Virus record (IMG/VR): IMGVR_UViG_2855455421_000002
Span: 1 to 34,101 of that record
Direction: 5' to 3' (one strand)
DNA: 34,101 bases
Source: a virus
Below the pieces are notes generated by a model, which saw only the letters and a list, made by a program, of their open reading frames with translations, had not been told where the DNA came from and ran no database searches. Each line of letters begins with the position of its first letter. Within the stretch, counting starts at the first letter, position 1. Below, piece by piece: positions 15,952 to 23,385 of the stretch. The translations under genes were made by a program, and so were the position numbers.

Positions 15952-16818
15952 TTACGGATAGTAAGGCGTGCGAGTAATCGCCTCGCCCTTTTTCGGGATA
16001 TACGGACGGCATCGGCATCGACAGTTGATCCATTCCTCGATGGGGCCGGAGCGATCCAACGGGTGCATCAGTCCGTTTGAGAATCGTTCATCCATCCGCA
16101 CCACTTGCCCGTGAAGCGAATAATGATCGGCACGGTCTTTTGGGTTTCTGCCCCTCACCCGACTGTCTCTGACCGTCAGCCACTGCTTATACCTGACGTT
16201 GTAATCTTGCATGGTTTGGAAAATGCCGACGTTTTGCGCTCCCTGCACTTCGGTTCTCGCGATCGTTTGCAGTCGATGATCGCGCAAGTCTTTAAAATCC
16301 GCGCGCAAATCCATGGCGATGTCGTCAATCCCTTTTCCTTCTTCATAGCCGCGAACCAACGTGGCACGGAAATCGCCCTTAATTCGCCTGAACGTATCGT
16401 TTGAAAACACATAAACGCGCTCTCGCAATTCTTCGAGAACGCGCTCACTGAATTCCGTAAACACCAATTCCAATCCCTGCTCAAGAATTTCTTCAAACGT
16501 CAATTGCCTCGCCACGACCGCACTTTCGACAGCGGCTTCGGCGATCTCTTCCTCCATGTCCGCGAAAATCGGGTCAAGAATATCCGCGATAAACGTTTCC
16601 TGTTCGAGAATCGACAGCGGGATATAGCCAAGCTCGCGCAACCGCTGGATGAACAGACTCTCAAGCCCGACTTGCAGGCTAATCAAACGACGCGCCAACT
16701 TTTCTTCGATTTCGGCGATCCGCTCGTCTTGCTCTTTGAAAGCAGGAAGCGCGCCGTGCTCAACAAGGAACGCGACAAGCTCGCGATCCATATCCAACAG
16801 CTTGCACACCTCACACAT
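15952..16818 (-). CDS. Head morphogenesis protein (SPP1 gp7 / Mu F family), 288 aa
   Basis: Contains ARTEVQGAQNVG and a C-terminal INCRCRCRPY motif typical of this family, and lies directly after the portal gene. The start is uncertain: ATG at 16818 or TTG at 16848. Confidence 0.75.
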   Translation of the reverse strand: MCEVCKLLDMDRELVAFLVEHGALPAFKEQDERIAEIEEKLARRLISLQVGLESLFIQRLRELGYIPLSILEQETFIADILDPIFADMEEEIAEAAVESAVVARQLTFEEILEQGLELVFTEFSERVLEELRERVYVFSNDTFRRIKGDFRATLVRGYEEGKGIDDIAMDLRADFKDLRDHRLQTIARTEVQGAQNVGIFQTMQDYNVRYKQWLTVRDSRVRGRNPKDRADHYSLHGQVVRMDERFSNGLMHPLDRSGPIEEWINCRCRCRPYIPKKGEAITRTPYYP

Positions 16819-18253
16819 GCTTGCCGCCTTCTTTCGTGGCGATGTCAATGAGTTTGGCGTGCAACTGTTTCAGCGAGTTTAGAATCGCGTTCGTCTCTTC
16901 TTGTGAAGCGTCAAGCGGTTGCCCGAAAATGAAATGCCTGTCTAGGTTCGGATCGTCAATCGGCTCTTTGCCTAGTTCGCGCAAAATCATGTTCGGACTG
17001 TACGCGCCCACCTCAAACAGGAAGCGCAATTCTTCGATCTTCGTTTGCGTGTCTTTCGTGTCAATGTCTTTGAAGCGGAAACGCCAATCGGTGATTCCTA
17101 GCCCGACTGACAGCAATCGGTTTATCACATTTTCAAGCATGTCCTGCCGCGGTTCGATGACTGACTGCTTGTAAATTTCGGACGATTCCCTCGCCGTTGA
17201 GCCGCCAAGCGACCCCTCGACGACAATCCCTGCACGATAAGGCGGAACGCCATGCGCGGACAAAATCTCATCGCGGTTGTCCATCCTCAACATGCGGAAA
17301 CTTGCTTCTTTCGTCTCCACAGAAAGCGCCTGGAACTTAATTTCGATCGGCGTGTCCGAGAAATCGCCCTGCGGTTTTTGCGCCGTCACGACGAGCGTTG
17401 AATGCCGGTTTTTCTTGATGTCTTGTTGAAAGTAACGGCGGATCAATTGTTTCGTTTGCTCGTCGAGTTCCGCTCCTGTCACCGTCACGACGTAGGCAGG
17501 GACGGCATGATTTTCAAAGAAACTGATGTTGTACTCCGCCCGTTCGCGGTCGGAAATGATCGCGCTTAGCGCGGGCAAAATGTCCGGCAAGCCGTAATAG
17601 TCGCTCCGGCTCGTATAATTGTGAACGTGAATGATTTCTGTCGCCCGTCGTTCCATTGGAATGGAACCGGCAGGTGCGATTTCGCCCGTCACGTAGTCCA
17701 CGTCATCCTCAAAGCCAAACCGCTTAAACCACACCTTCTTCGTGCCGCGGATTTGACAATATCGGTTCATATCCTGATGGACGCGAACAGTATGCCCCGG
17801 AATATGTTCAAGACCGATCAACGTGCCGTCTTCGTCTCGAATGACTTCGTAGTAGCCGTTCCCGATGGAATCATAGTCCACCATCACGTTGTTGTTGATG
17901 TCGGTCAGCGTCTTGTACGGGTTCGGGTTCTCTAAAAACTGCATGGCGATCTCGCGCTGTTGTTCGCTTGGGTTGTTCGTTTTCGGTTCAAGATACCACC
18001 CTAGCCCTGCGGTATCCCTTGCTTTCGTTTTGACCGCCCGATAATGATACGGGTTGAGTTCAAGTAGTTGCGCCAATGCTTCGAGATTGTACAACGGTTC
18101 GACAAGTCCCAATTCCCTGTATGAACCGTTAAAACGGTCGCTCGGGAGGGCTCTTGATTCCCCTTGCTTGATGGCATAGCGTTCGAGCGTGCTTTCTTCG
18201 ATGACTTCGCCGTCGCTTAACACATACGCCTTGGCCACCGCTTTCTTCTCCAT
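16811..18253 (-). CDS. Portal protein, 480 aa
   Basis: Position after terL and appropriate size. Strong SD AAAGGAGGGG before the ATG at 18253. Confidence 0.8.
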   Translation of the reverse strand: MEKKAVAKAYVLSDGEVIEESTLERYAIKQGESRALPSDRFNGSYRELGLVEPLYNLEALAQLLELNPYHYRAVKTKARDTAGLGWYLEPKTNNPSEQQREIAMQFLENPNPYKTLTDINNNVMVDYDSIGNGYYEVIRDEDGTLIGLEHIPGHTVRVHQDMNRYCQIRGTKKVWFKRFGFEDDVDYVTGEIAPAGSIPMERRATEIIHVHNYTSRSDYYGLPDILPALSAIISDRERAEYNISFFENHAVPAYVVTVTGAELDEQTKQLIRRYFQQDIKKNRHSTLVVTAQKPQGDFSDTPIEIKFQALSVETKEASFRMLRMDNRDEILSAHGVPPYRAGIVVEGSLGGSTARESSEIYKQSVIEPRQDMLENVINRLLSVGLGITDWRFRFKDIDTKDTQTKIEELRFLFEVGAYSPNMILRELGKEPIDDPNLDRHFIFGQPLDASQEETNAILNSLKQLHAKLIDIATKEGGKHV

Positions 18254-18271
18254 ATCGTCCCCTCCTTTCCG

Positions 18272-19672
18272 TTAGAAAACATCAACCTTGATCGTTCCCT
18301 TCGTTCCGGCTCGGTCAAGGTATCGCAACGCTTGTGACGTCGCGTCCACTTGGTCGTCGGTCGGCGCGTTCGGGAACGCCACCAGTTCCTCGACGTAATC
18401 ATGCACCCACGGCGCGGTGCTCGGATGCGGAATGTAGACGTTTCCGGCTTCAAATTGCGGCGACACCGCATTCAGCCGCTCGACTTTTGTTCCGTTCGGC
18501 ACAACCGGCAACATGCCGCTGATCTGATGCCGCAACGCGTTGATGATCGCCGTCCCGTTCGCGCGGTCTTCGATGAGTTTCGCATGCGCCTGCGGCCACT
18601 TGGACGTCAGTGAGACAATCGCGCGGATCGACTCGGTGAAAGACAGCTTCGCACGAACTTGGTCAAGCAGGTATTTGTCCGCTCCTTTTCTTCCCCACAC
18701 CTGTCCGACAACAAACGAACCGTCGTTCGTATCCTTGAACGCAAAATCCCATGATTGGATATATTCGTCCATTTGGGGAGCTTGCTTGTAATATTTGAAC
18801 CACGAGCGATGAATGATCGCACCGCTCGGCGGCGTTGGACGCTGTTGGTATAAGGCCGACCATATACGCGAGCCAACCTCAATCTTTTTATTCTCTGCCC
18901 ATTCTTCGTCAAATCCAAGCTCCGGGCAGAGCGGCTCGCCGATTTCACGACCAAGTAAATCGTCTTCATCTTCTGCGATCGCCGGTAAACGAATCCGCTC
19001 CCATTTGTATGGAGAACGTTCGAGCAAGCGGCCAACAAGGTCGTCTTCATGCCAGCGGGTCATAATCACAATGACCGATCCGTCCTTATGCAAACGAGTG
19101 GAAAGTGTCGCTTCCCACTCTGCCCACACTTTTTCGCGAATGGTCGGAGAGTTCGCTTCTTCGGCGTTTTTAAATGGGTCGTCGATAATTAGCAGGTCAG
19201 CACCTTCACCAGTGATGGAACCGCCGATACCGGTTGCAATCATTCCGCCCCGATAACCCGCAAGTGACCAGTTATTATTCGCAGCATTGATGCGGCTGAT
19301 TTCCACGCCGAATAATTCCCGGCCATATTCATCTAGCTTTTGTTTATTCAAACGCCCGAATTTCCGCGCCAACGTATCGCTATATGACGCAACAATGACG
19401 CGTTTGTCAGGGTTTTTCCCGATGTAATAAGATGGAAATGTTTCCGTCACCGTCATCGACTTTCCGTGTCGAGGCGGCAACTCAATAATGATTCGCTTAC
19501 TTTCACCTTCTGTTATAGGCTGAAGCTGTTCGCAGATGTATTCTGTATGACGGAAATGACGATAAATCCCTCGATGAACAAAAACGACGTACTCACGATA
19601 AAGGCGGCGCGCCAGCTCCTTTCTCGCTTCCCTAGCAATGATTTCACGTTGTCTCGCTGTCAAGTTTGGCAA
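18272..19672 (-). CDS. Terminase large subunit, 466 aa
   Basis: Walker A-like LPPRHGKS, Walker B-like LLIIDDP, and a C-terminal nuclease-like region. Lies downstream of terS. TTG start at 19672 with GGAGGA upstream. Confidence 0.85.
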   Translation of the reverse strand: MPNLTARQREIIAREARKELARRLYREYVVFVHRGIYRHFRHTEYICEQLQPITEGESKRIIIELPPRHGKSMTVTETFPSYYIGKNPDKRVIVASYSDTLARKFGRLNKQKLDEYGRELFGVEISRINAANNNWSLAGYRGGMIATGIGGSITGEGADLLIIDDPFKNAEEANSPTIREKVWAEWEATLSTRLHKDGSVIVIMTRWHEDDLVGRLLERSPYKWERIRLPAIAEDEDDLLGREIGEPLCPELGFDEEWAENKKIEVGSRIWSALYQQRPTPPSGAIIHRSWFKYYKQAPQMDEYIQSWDFAFKDTNDGSFVVGQVWGRKGADKYLLDQVRAKLSFTESIRAIVSLTSKWPQAHAKLIEDRANGTAIINALRHQISGMLPVVPNGTKVERLNAVSPQFEAGNVYIPHPSTAPWVHDYVEELVAFPNAPTDDQVDATSQALRYLDRAGTKGTIKVDVF

Positions 19673-20174
19673 GTTTCTTCAATTCCTCCGTTGTTAATTG
19701 AGAAAGGTCGATGTGATTGTTAGTGATCGCGCCGCTATGTTCAACATCCCGCTTATCGCGCCATTTATCTGGACGTCTATTTTTCAGCCAAAAGATTGCG
19801 GCGGTTACATCTGGAGGCACTTCTTTAGTCACGCGCTTCGCCTCGGCCATATATGTTTCTTTTTCGCCGGTATCAGGATTGATTCTTTCGGCCAGCTGAT
19901 ACGTCACTTCTTCGTACTGATAACCAATAGCTCGTTTAAAAAGCGCGTCTTCAACAGCGTAGTCAGCTTCCTCTTTTCCTCTTTTTAGGACTTCCAATAA
20001 TTCCGGATATTTGTTTTTGTACTCGGAAAAAGAAGAAACAGATACCCCTAACCGTTTGCATATTTCCTCTTCCGTCAAACCGTCCCGACACCAATGTTCG
20101 ATGTCTTTTAGCCGAGGTTTTACATGCGTAAAATATTTGTTTTTCCGCCCTGCATTTTTCTTTTTAGCAGCCAT
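19644..20174 (-). CDS. Terminase small subunit, 176 aa
   Basis: N-terminal HTH-like GLTEEEICKRLGVSVSSF. Lies immediately upstream of terL. SD GAGGAGG before the ATG at 20174. Confidence 0.75.
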   Translation of the reverse strand: MAAKKKNAGRKNKYFTHVKPRLKDIEHWCRDGLTEEEICKRLGVSVSSFSEYKNKYPELLEVLKRGKEEADYAVEDALFKRAIGYQYEEVTYQLAERINPDTGEKETYMAEAKRVTKEVPPDVTAAIFWLKNRRPDKWRDKRDVEHSGAITNNHIDLSQLTTEELKKLAKLDSETT

Positions 20175-20193
20175 TACATACTCACCTACCTCC

Positions 20194-20334
20194 TCACTTC
20201 CTTCGAATCGCCCCGCGCACTCGCTTGTACGTGTCGCGTCGGACGCCCATTAACTCCATTACTTCACGAATACTCATTCGCTTTTCTTTCTTCTTACTTT
20301 TCTTCGGTTTATCGTCACCATGCAGTTTATACAT
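20194..20334 (-). CDS. Small basic HTH-like protein, first gene of the late operon (46 aa)
   Basis: MYKLHGDD... start at 20334, preceded by GAGGTGA with 6-nt spacing. The track ORF start at 20394 would lie upstream of, and read through, the terminator hairpin at 20351-20377. Confidence 0.5.
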   Translation of the reverse strand: MYKLHGDDKPKKSKKKEKRMSIREVMELMGVRRDTYKRVRGAIRRK

Positions 20335-20350
20335 GCTTTTCACCTCAAAT

Positions 20351-20377
20351 AAAAAACGCCACCCGATCGGGTGACGC
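20351..20377 (-). terminator. Rho-independent terminator (minus strand) immediately upstream of the late operon
   Basis: Minus-strand RNA CGUCACCC-GAUC-GGGUGGCG (8-bp stem, one G-U pair) followed by UUUUUUAUUU. The SD of the first late gene starts about 5 nt later. Confidence 0.75.
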
Positions 20378-20444
20378 TGATGGAAGCTTTTCACTTATTA
20401 GTGGCATTTACACGACAAAAAAGCACAAAATAACGAAAAAAATA

Positions 20445-20473
20445 TTGATACGTATTATTATACGTGTTATAAT
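20445..20473 (+). promoter_or_regulatory. hicAB promoter with internal direct/inverted ATACGT repeats (likely HicB operator)
   Basis: TTGATA (20445-20450), 17-nt spacer, TATAAT (20468-20473), then AAGGAGGGAGGG and the ATG at 20494. The spacer is cgtATTATtATACGTgt with ATACGT repeated. Confidence 0.7.
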
Positions 20474-20493
20474 AAAATCAAGGAGGGAGGGAA

Positions 20494-20685
20494 ATGAAGA
20501 GTTACTCTTCAAAAGAATTAATTAAAATGATACAGCAAGACGGATGGTACATAGTCAGAACGACTGGCAGTCATCATCAGTTTAAACATCCTAGTAAACC
20601 CGGGTTAGTCACCATCCCTCATCCTAAGAAAGACTTACCCACCAAAACAGTAAAAAGCATACTCAAACAGGCGGGGCTACTCTAA
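20494..20685 (+). CDS. hicA: HicA-family mRNA interferase toxin, 63 aa
   Basis: KELIKMIQQDGWYIVRTTGSHHQFKHP...VTIPHPKKDLPTKTVKSILKQAGL is the canonical HicA/YcfA pattern. Confidence 0.9.
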   Translation: MKSYSSKELIKMIQQDGWYIVRTTGSHHQFKHPSKPGLVTIPHPKKDLPTKTVKSILKQAGLL

Positions 20686-20702
20686 GCCCCTCCTAAAGGA
20701 GG

Positions 20703-21122
20703 TTGATATATATGCATAAAAAAGACCGTTATATTTACCCAGCTATTTTCGATTATGGTAGCGATGGGATATCTGTTGAGTTCCCTGATCTTCCTGGCTG
20801 CTTTACCTGCGGAGACACAGAAGAAGAAGCATTTCAAATGGCAAAAGAAGCGATGGCATTGCATCTGTATGGATTAGAGCAGGAAAATGAAGAAATCCCT
20901 CAGCCTTCAAAAGTATCGGAAATTCAAACAGAAAAACACCAAGTCGTTGTGTTCGTCGAAGTATGGATGCCACCTTTTAGACATGAAATGGAAAACAAAG
21001 CAGTTAAAAAGACGTTGACTATCCCGAAATGGCTTGATGATCTAGCGAAAGAACATAACGTGAACTACTCCCAAATTCTTCAAGAAGCATTAAAGAAGCA
21101 TCTTGGTGCTACCGACCGATAA
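20703..21122 (+). CDS. hicB: HicB-family antitoxin with C-terminal RHH-like DNA-binding tail, 139 aa
   Basis: YIYPAIFDYGSDGISVEFPDLPGCFTCGDTEEEAFQMAKEAMALHL matches the HicB N-domain. The C-terminal KKTLTIPKWLDDLAKEHNVNYSQILQEALKKHL is RHH-like. It starts 17 nt after hicA. Confidence 0.9.
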   Translation: MIYMHKKDRYIYPAIFDYGSDGISVEFPDLPGCFTCGDTEEEAFQMAKEAMALHLYGLEQENEEIPQPSKVSEIQTEKHQVVVFVEVWMPPFRHEMENKAVKKTLTIPKWLDDLAKEHNVNYSQILQEALKKHLGATDR

Positions 21123-21157
21123 ATAAATTATAAAAATAATTAAATAAATTATAAAAA

Positions 21158-21187
21158 AGCCTCTTCACCCACAAAGGCAGAAGAGGC
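21158..21187. terminator. Bidirectional rho-independent terminator between convergent hicB and the late-regulator gene
   Basis: 9-bp stem agcctcttc / gaagaggct with a 12-nt loop, an A-run on the left and a T-rich run on the right. The left arm overlaps the last codons of the minus-strand gene. Confidence 0.7.
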
Positions 21188-21665
21188 TTTCTTTGATTCG
21201 TTTTTTAATTTTTCTTTCAGCACGTTCAATCATCGTTTGGACACTACTTGAAGAGATACAAAGATAATTCGCAATCTCACTATATGTCAGACAATATCCA
21301 CGCGACATTAGATATACTTCCCGTTCCCGATCAGTAAGCACTGATAAAGCATCTTCGATTCGTTGCCGGTCCCATTCTGTGATAACACTTTCCTTTTCGT
21401 GATCGTCCCATTCGTAAGTTGGTTCGCTGGAACGGAAAAATTTCTGCATCAGTAACGGATCAAATGGTTTTTCGCGTTGATAAGCAGCTCTTCGTTCAAT
21501 ACCACGTCGATTACCAGGTCTTCTTCCTGTTGTCATCCACTCTATAGCAAATTCCAGATCCGAAATCATTCCTCTGATTATCTTTTTATCTTCATCCGAT
21601 GCCTTTTCTAGGAGTTTCTTTGCCAACCGTAACGATTCCCTATATTGTTTCAAAAGCTCCTCCAT
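21165..21665 (-). CDS. Phage late-gene regulator, sigma-70 region-4-like / ArpU-like, 166 aa
   Basis: C-terminal LTDREREVYLMSRGYCLTYSEIANYLCISSSSVQTMIERAERKIKK matches a sigma-70 region 4 HTH. It is the last gene before the packaging module. SD GGGAGGAG before the ATG at 21665. Confidence 0.7.
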   Translation of the reverse strand: MEELLKQYRESLRLAKKLLEKASDEDKKIIRGMISDLEFAIEWMTTGRRPGNRRGIERRAAYQREKPFDPLLMQKFFRSSEPTYEWDDHEKESVITEWDRQRIEDALSVLTDREREVYLMSRGYCLTYSEIANYLCISSSSVQTMIERAERKIKKRIKESLFCLCG

Positions 21666-21715
21666 CGGACTCCTCCCGTGTATAATATAGGTATATATCC
21701 CCCTTTTTCTGATTT

Positions 21716-21740
21716 GACCGGGAGAGTCCGGTCTTTTTTT
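21716..21740 (+). terminator. Plus-strand-oriented terminator-like hairpin in the gap upstream of the late regulator
   Basis: gaccgg-gagagt-ccggtc followed by seven T on the plus strand, with no T-run on the minus strand. A perfect 12-bp palindrome aggtccggacct follows at 21745-21756. Confidence 0.5.
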
Positions 21741-21892
21741 ATTTAGGTCCGGACCTTACGCCTTGCAATTCTGTGTCTCCGTCGGATCATACTTATTCAC
21801 GAGCGCATACCCGCGCAACTGGTACTGTCTTACTTTCCATTTTCGTTTCGTTCTAACTTCCCTATGTGTTTTTGGATGGCGCAAGATGTAGA

Positions 21893-22138
21893 TCATTCCT
21901 CTCCCTCCAATATCGATTTGATTCTTTCCTTAAATTCCTTTTTTGAAGGAGGTCTAAATAAATCCACTAATGTTTCATGCTTCCTACACTCTTCACAGAT
22001 ATAGTCCATCCCTTCTGCAAGAACAATGCTGACTAAGAACTGTTTGTATTCACCGCAATATGGACACTTGACCCCTTCTTCTGAAAAATCATCTGTAGCC
22101 ATCTGCCGCGGTATTGTTTTGTTCCAAGGCAGATTCAT
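21893..22138 (-). CDS. Zinc-ribbon protein, 81 aa
   Basis: CPYCG ... CEEC pairs. SD GAGGGA before the ATG at 22138. Confidence 0.55.
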   Translation of the reverse strand: MNLPWNKTIPRQMATDDFSEEGVKCPYCGEYKQFLVSIVLAEGMDYICEECRKHETLVDLFRPPSKKEFKERIKSILEGEE

Positions 22139-22382
22139 TTCGTTCCCTCTTTTCCTTCATAAAATCAAGAAAATGTTCACGAATTTTCCACGCTGTCTTT
22201 TGACCGATACCCGGGATCTCTTCCAACTTGCCGAGCCACTCCATCATCAATTGCGTGTCTAATTCATTTTGCTGTTTGGCTCCTGCTTCAAATCCGCGAT
22301 TCCATGCTGCCATTATATCCGGATGAAGGGGAGAAGTTATTTTCCCCCTCTCACGCTTGATTTTGCGTAGCGATTTCCCCAT
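22089..22382 (-). CDS. Small helix-hairpin-helix protein, 97 aa
   Basis: LEEIPGIGQKTAWKIREHF is an HhH motif. The 3' end overlaps the next gene by 50 nt. Confidence 0.55.
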   Translation of the reverse strand: MGKSLRKIKRERGKITSPLHPDIMAAWNRGFEAGAKQQNELDTQLMMEWLGKLEEIPGIGQKTAWKIREHFLDFMKEKRERNESALEQNNTAADGYR

Positions 22383-22383
22383 C

Positions 22384-22521
22384 TCACATCACTACCTTCC
22401 ATCCTTTTCTAATTCTGCTAGTCAACTCACACTTTTGTAGCGGCTCATAGCGATAGACGGGTTGGCCATCTTCGTATCGAAACAACAGATACCACCTCAA
22501 CCGGCGCTTACGCTTGCTCAT
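22384..22521 (-). CDS. Small basic protein, 45 aa (below the ORF-track cutoff)
   Basis: MSKRKRRLRWYLLFRYEDGQPVYRYEPLQKCELTSRIRKGWKVVM. Its ATG forms an ATGA overlap with the upstream stop (22518-22521). Its TGA ends 1 nt before the next ATG at 22382. Confidence 0.5.
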   Translation of the reverse strand: MSKRKRRLRWYLLFRYEDGQPVYRYEPLQKCELTSRIRKGWKVVM

Positions 22522-22757
22522 GACTCATATACATCCTTTTGCAGTTTTTGGAGAGCGTAAAGTCGCAACGCTCGAAGTTCTCTTGTCGCATCTGCCCAAC
22601 TTTCCTCTCTCCGATCTTTCTGTTGGCGCAACTCGTTGACTTGCTCTTTCAGTCTTTGTATTTCATTTTCGAGAACAAGGATCTCTTTATGTAGTTGCTC
22701 CTTGTTCGCCATCACCGTTTCAAACAGCTCTTTCCAATGCTCGACTTCCTGTTTCAA
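22518..22757 (-). CDS. Coiled-coil protein, 79 aa
   Basis: Heptad-rich sequence (KELFETVMANKEQLHKEILVLENEIQRLKEQVNELRQQ). TTG start with only a weak SD. The frame stays open upstream to 22814. Confidence 0.45.
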   Translation of the reverse strand: MKQEVEHWKELFETVMANKEQLHKEILVLENEIQRLKEQVNELRQQKDRREESWADATRELRALRLYALQKLQKDVYES

Positions 22758-22767
22758 CTGCTCGCAT

Positions 22768-22959
22768 TCATGCTCTTTCTCCGTCAGCAGCTTGTGCGCG
22801 TGGATCGCCGCATATCACACAACGACAGCCGAACACTTCAATCATGCGGTTGTACTCGGTTTTGCTGATGCTTCCTCTTGTTCTCGACGAAGGTGCTTTC
22901 CGTTTCCTCCGCCTTTCCGGCACTTTCTTGGGAACGGCACGCCATTCCTTGAGACTCAC
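22768..22959 (-). CDS. Small basic protein ending in a CxCxxC cluster, 63 aa (possibly truncated)
   Basis: Strong SD AAAGGAGGTGA before the GTG at 22959 (GTGA overlap with the upstream stop). It ends shortly after GCRCVICG. Confidence 0.5.
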   Translation of the reverse strand: MSLKEWRAVPKKVPERRRKRKAPSSRTRGSISKTEYNRMIEVFGCRCVICGDPRAQAADGERA

Positions 22960-23381
22960 TCCCTCACCTCCTTTTGATAAAATCCCGCCAATGACGGCAA
23001 ATTCTTCGTCCTTGCCATCTCTCGAAACGTCGTGAAGCGATTGCCAATCGACATCGGGAAATCTAGTGGATATTGAAAACAGTTTTTCGGTTCTATGCCG
23101 TATTTGTGACGAATAAACGATTTCGCTTCTTCTTCGTCTGCGGCAAACACAAATGCGAATCGCCCCTGTCCAACCTTCACCGAAAACACATGAATTTCGC
23201 GCACCTTCAAAGGGTTTTCCTCTACAAGACGGGCGATGGCTCGCCTGTCTTCTTCAGTCGCGCTTTCCATAGCCGCTTCGAGTTCATCCACCGTGCTGTC
23301 GCGCCGCAAGCGCTTCGTGGACAAAAAGTAGTGAAGCGTGTAGATAAGAGAAGCGGCTTCTTCCCGAATAGCTTCTTTCAT
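22956..23381 (-). CDS. Early protein of unknown function, 141 aa
   Basis: Long ORF packed between the helicase gene and downstream genes. No motif recognised and the SD is weak. Confidence 0.5.
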   Translation of the reverse strand: MKEAIREEAASLIYTLHYFLSTKRLRRDSTVDELEAAMESATEEDRRAIARLVEENPLKVREIHVFSVKVGQGRFAFVFAADEEEAKSFIRHKYGIEPKNCFQYPLDFPMSIGNRFTTFREMARTKNLPSLAGFYQKEVRE

Positions 23382-23385
23382 CAGT

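Noticed and set aside
22768-22959. Truncated HNH endonuclease
   Set aside because: Only a basic N-terminus and a CxCxxC cluster are present. Neither frame downstream contains the HNH His-Asn-His pattern.
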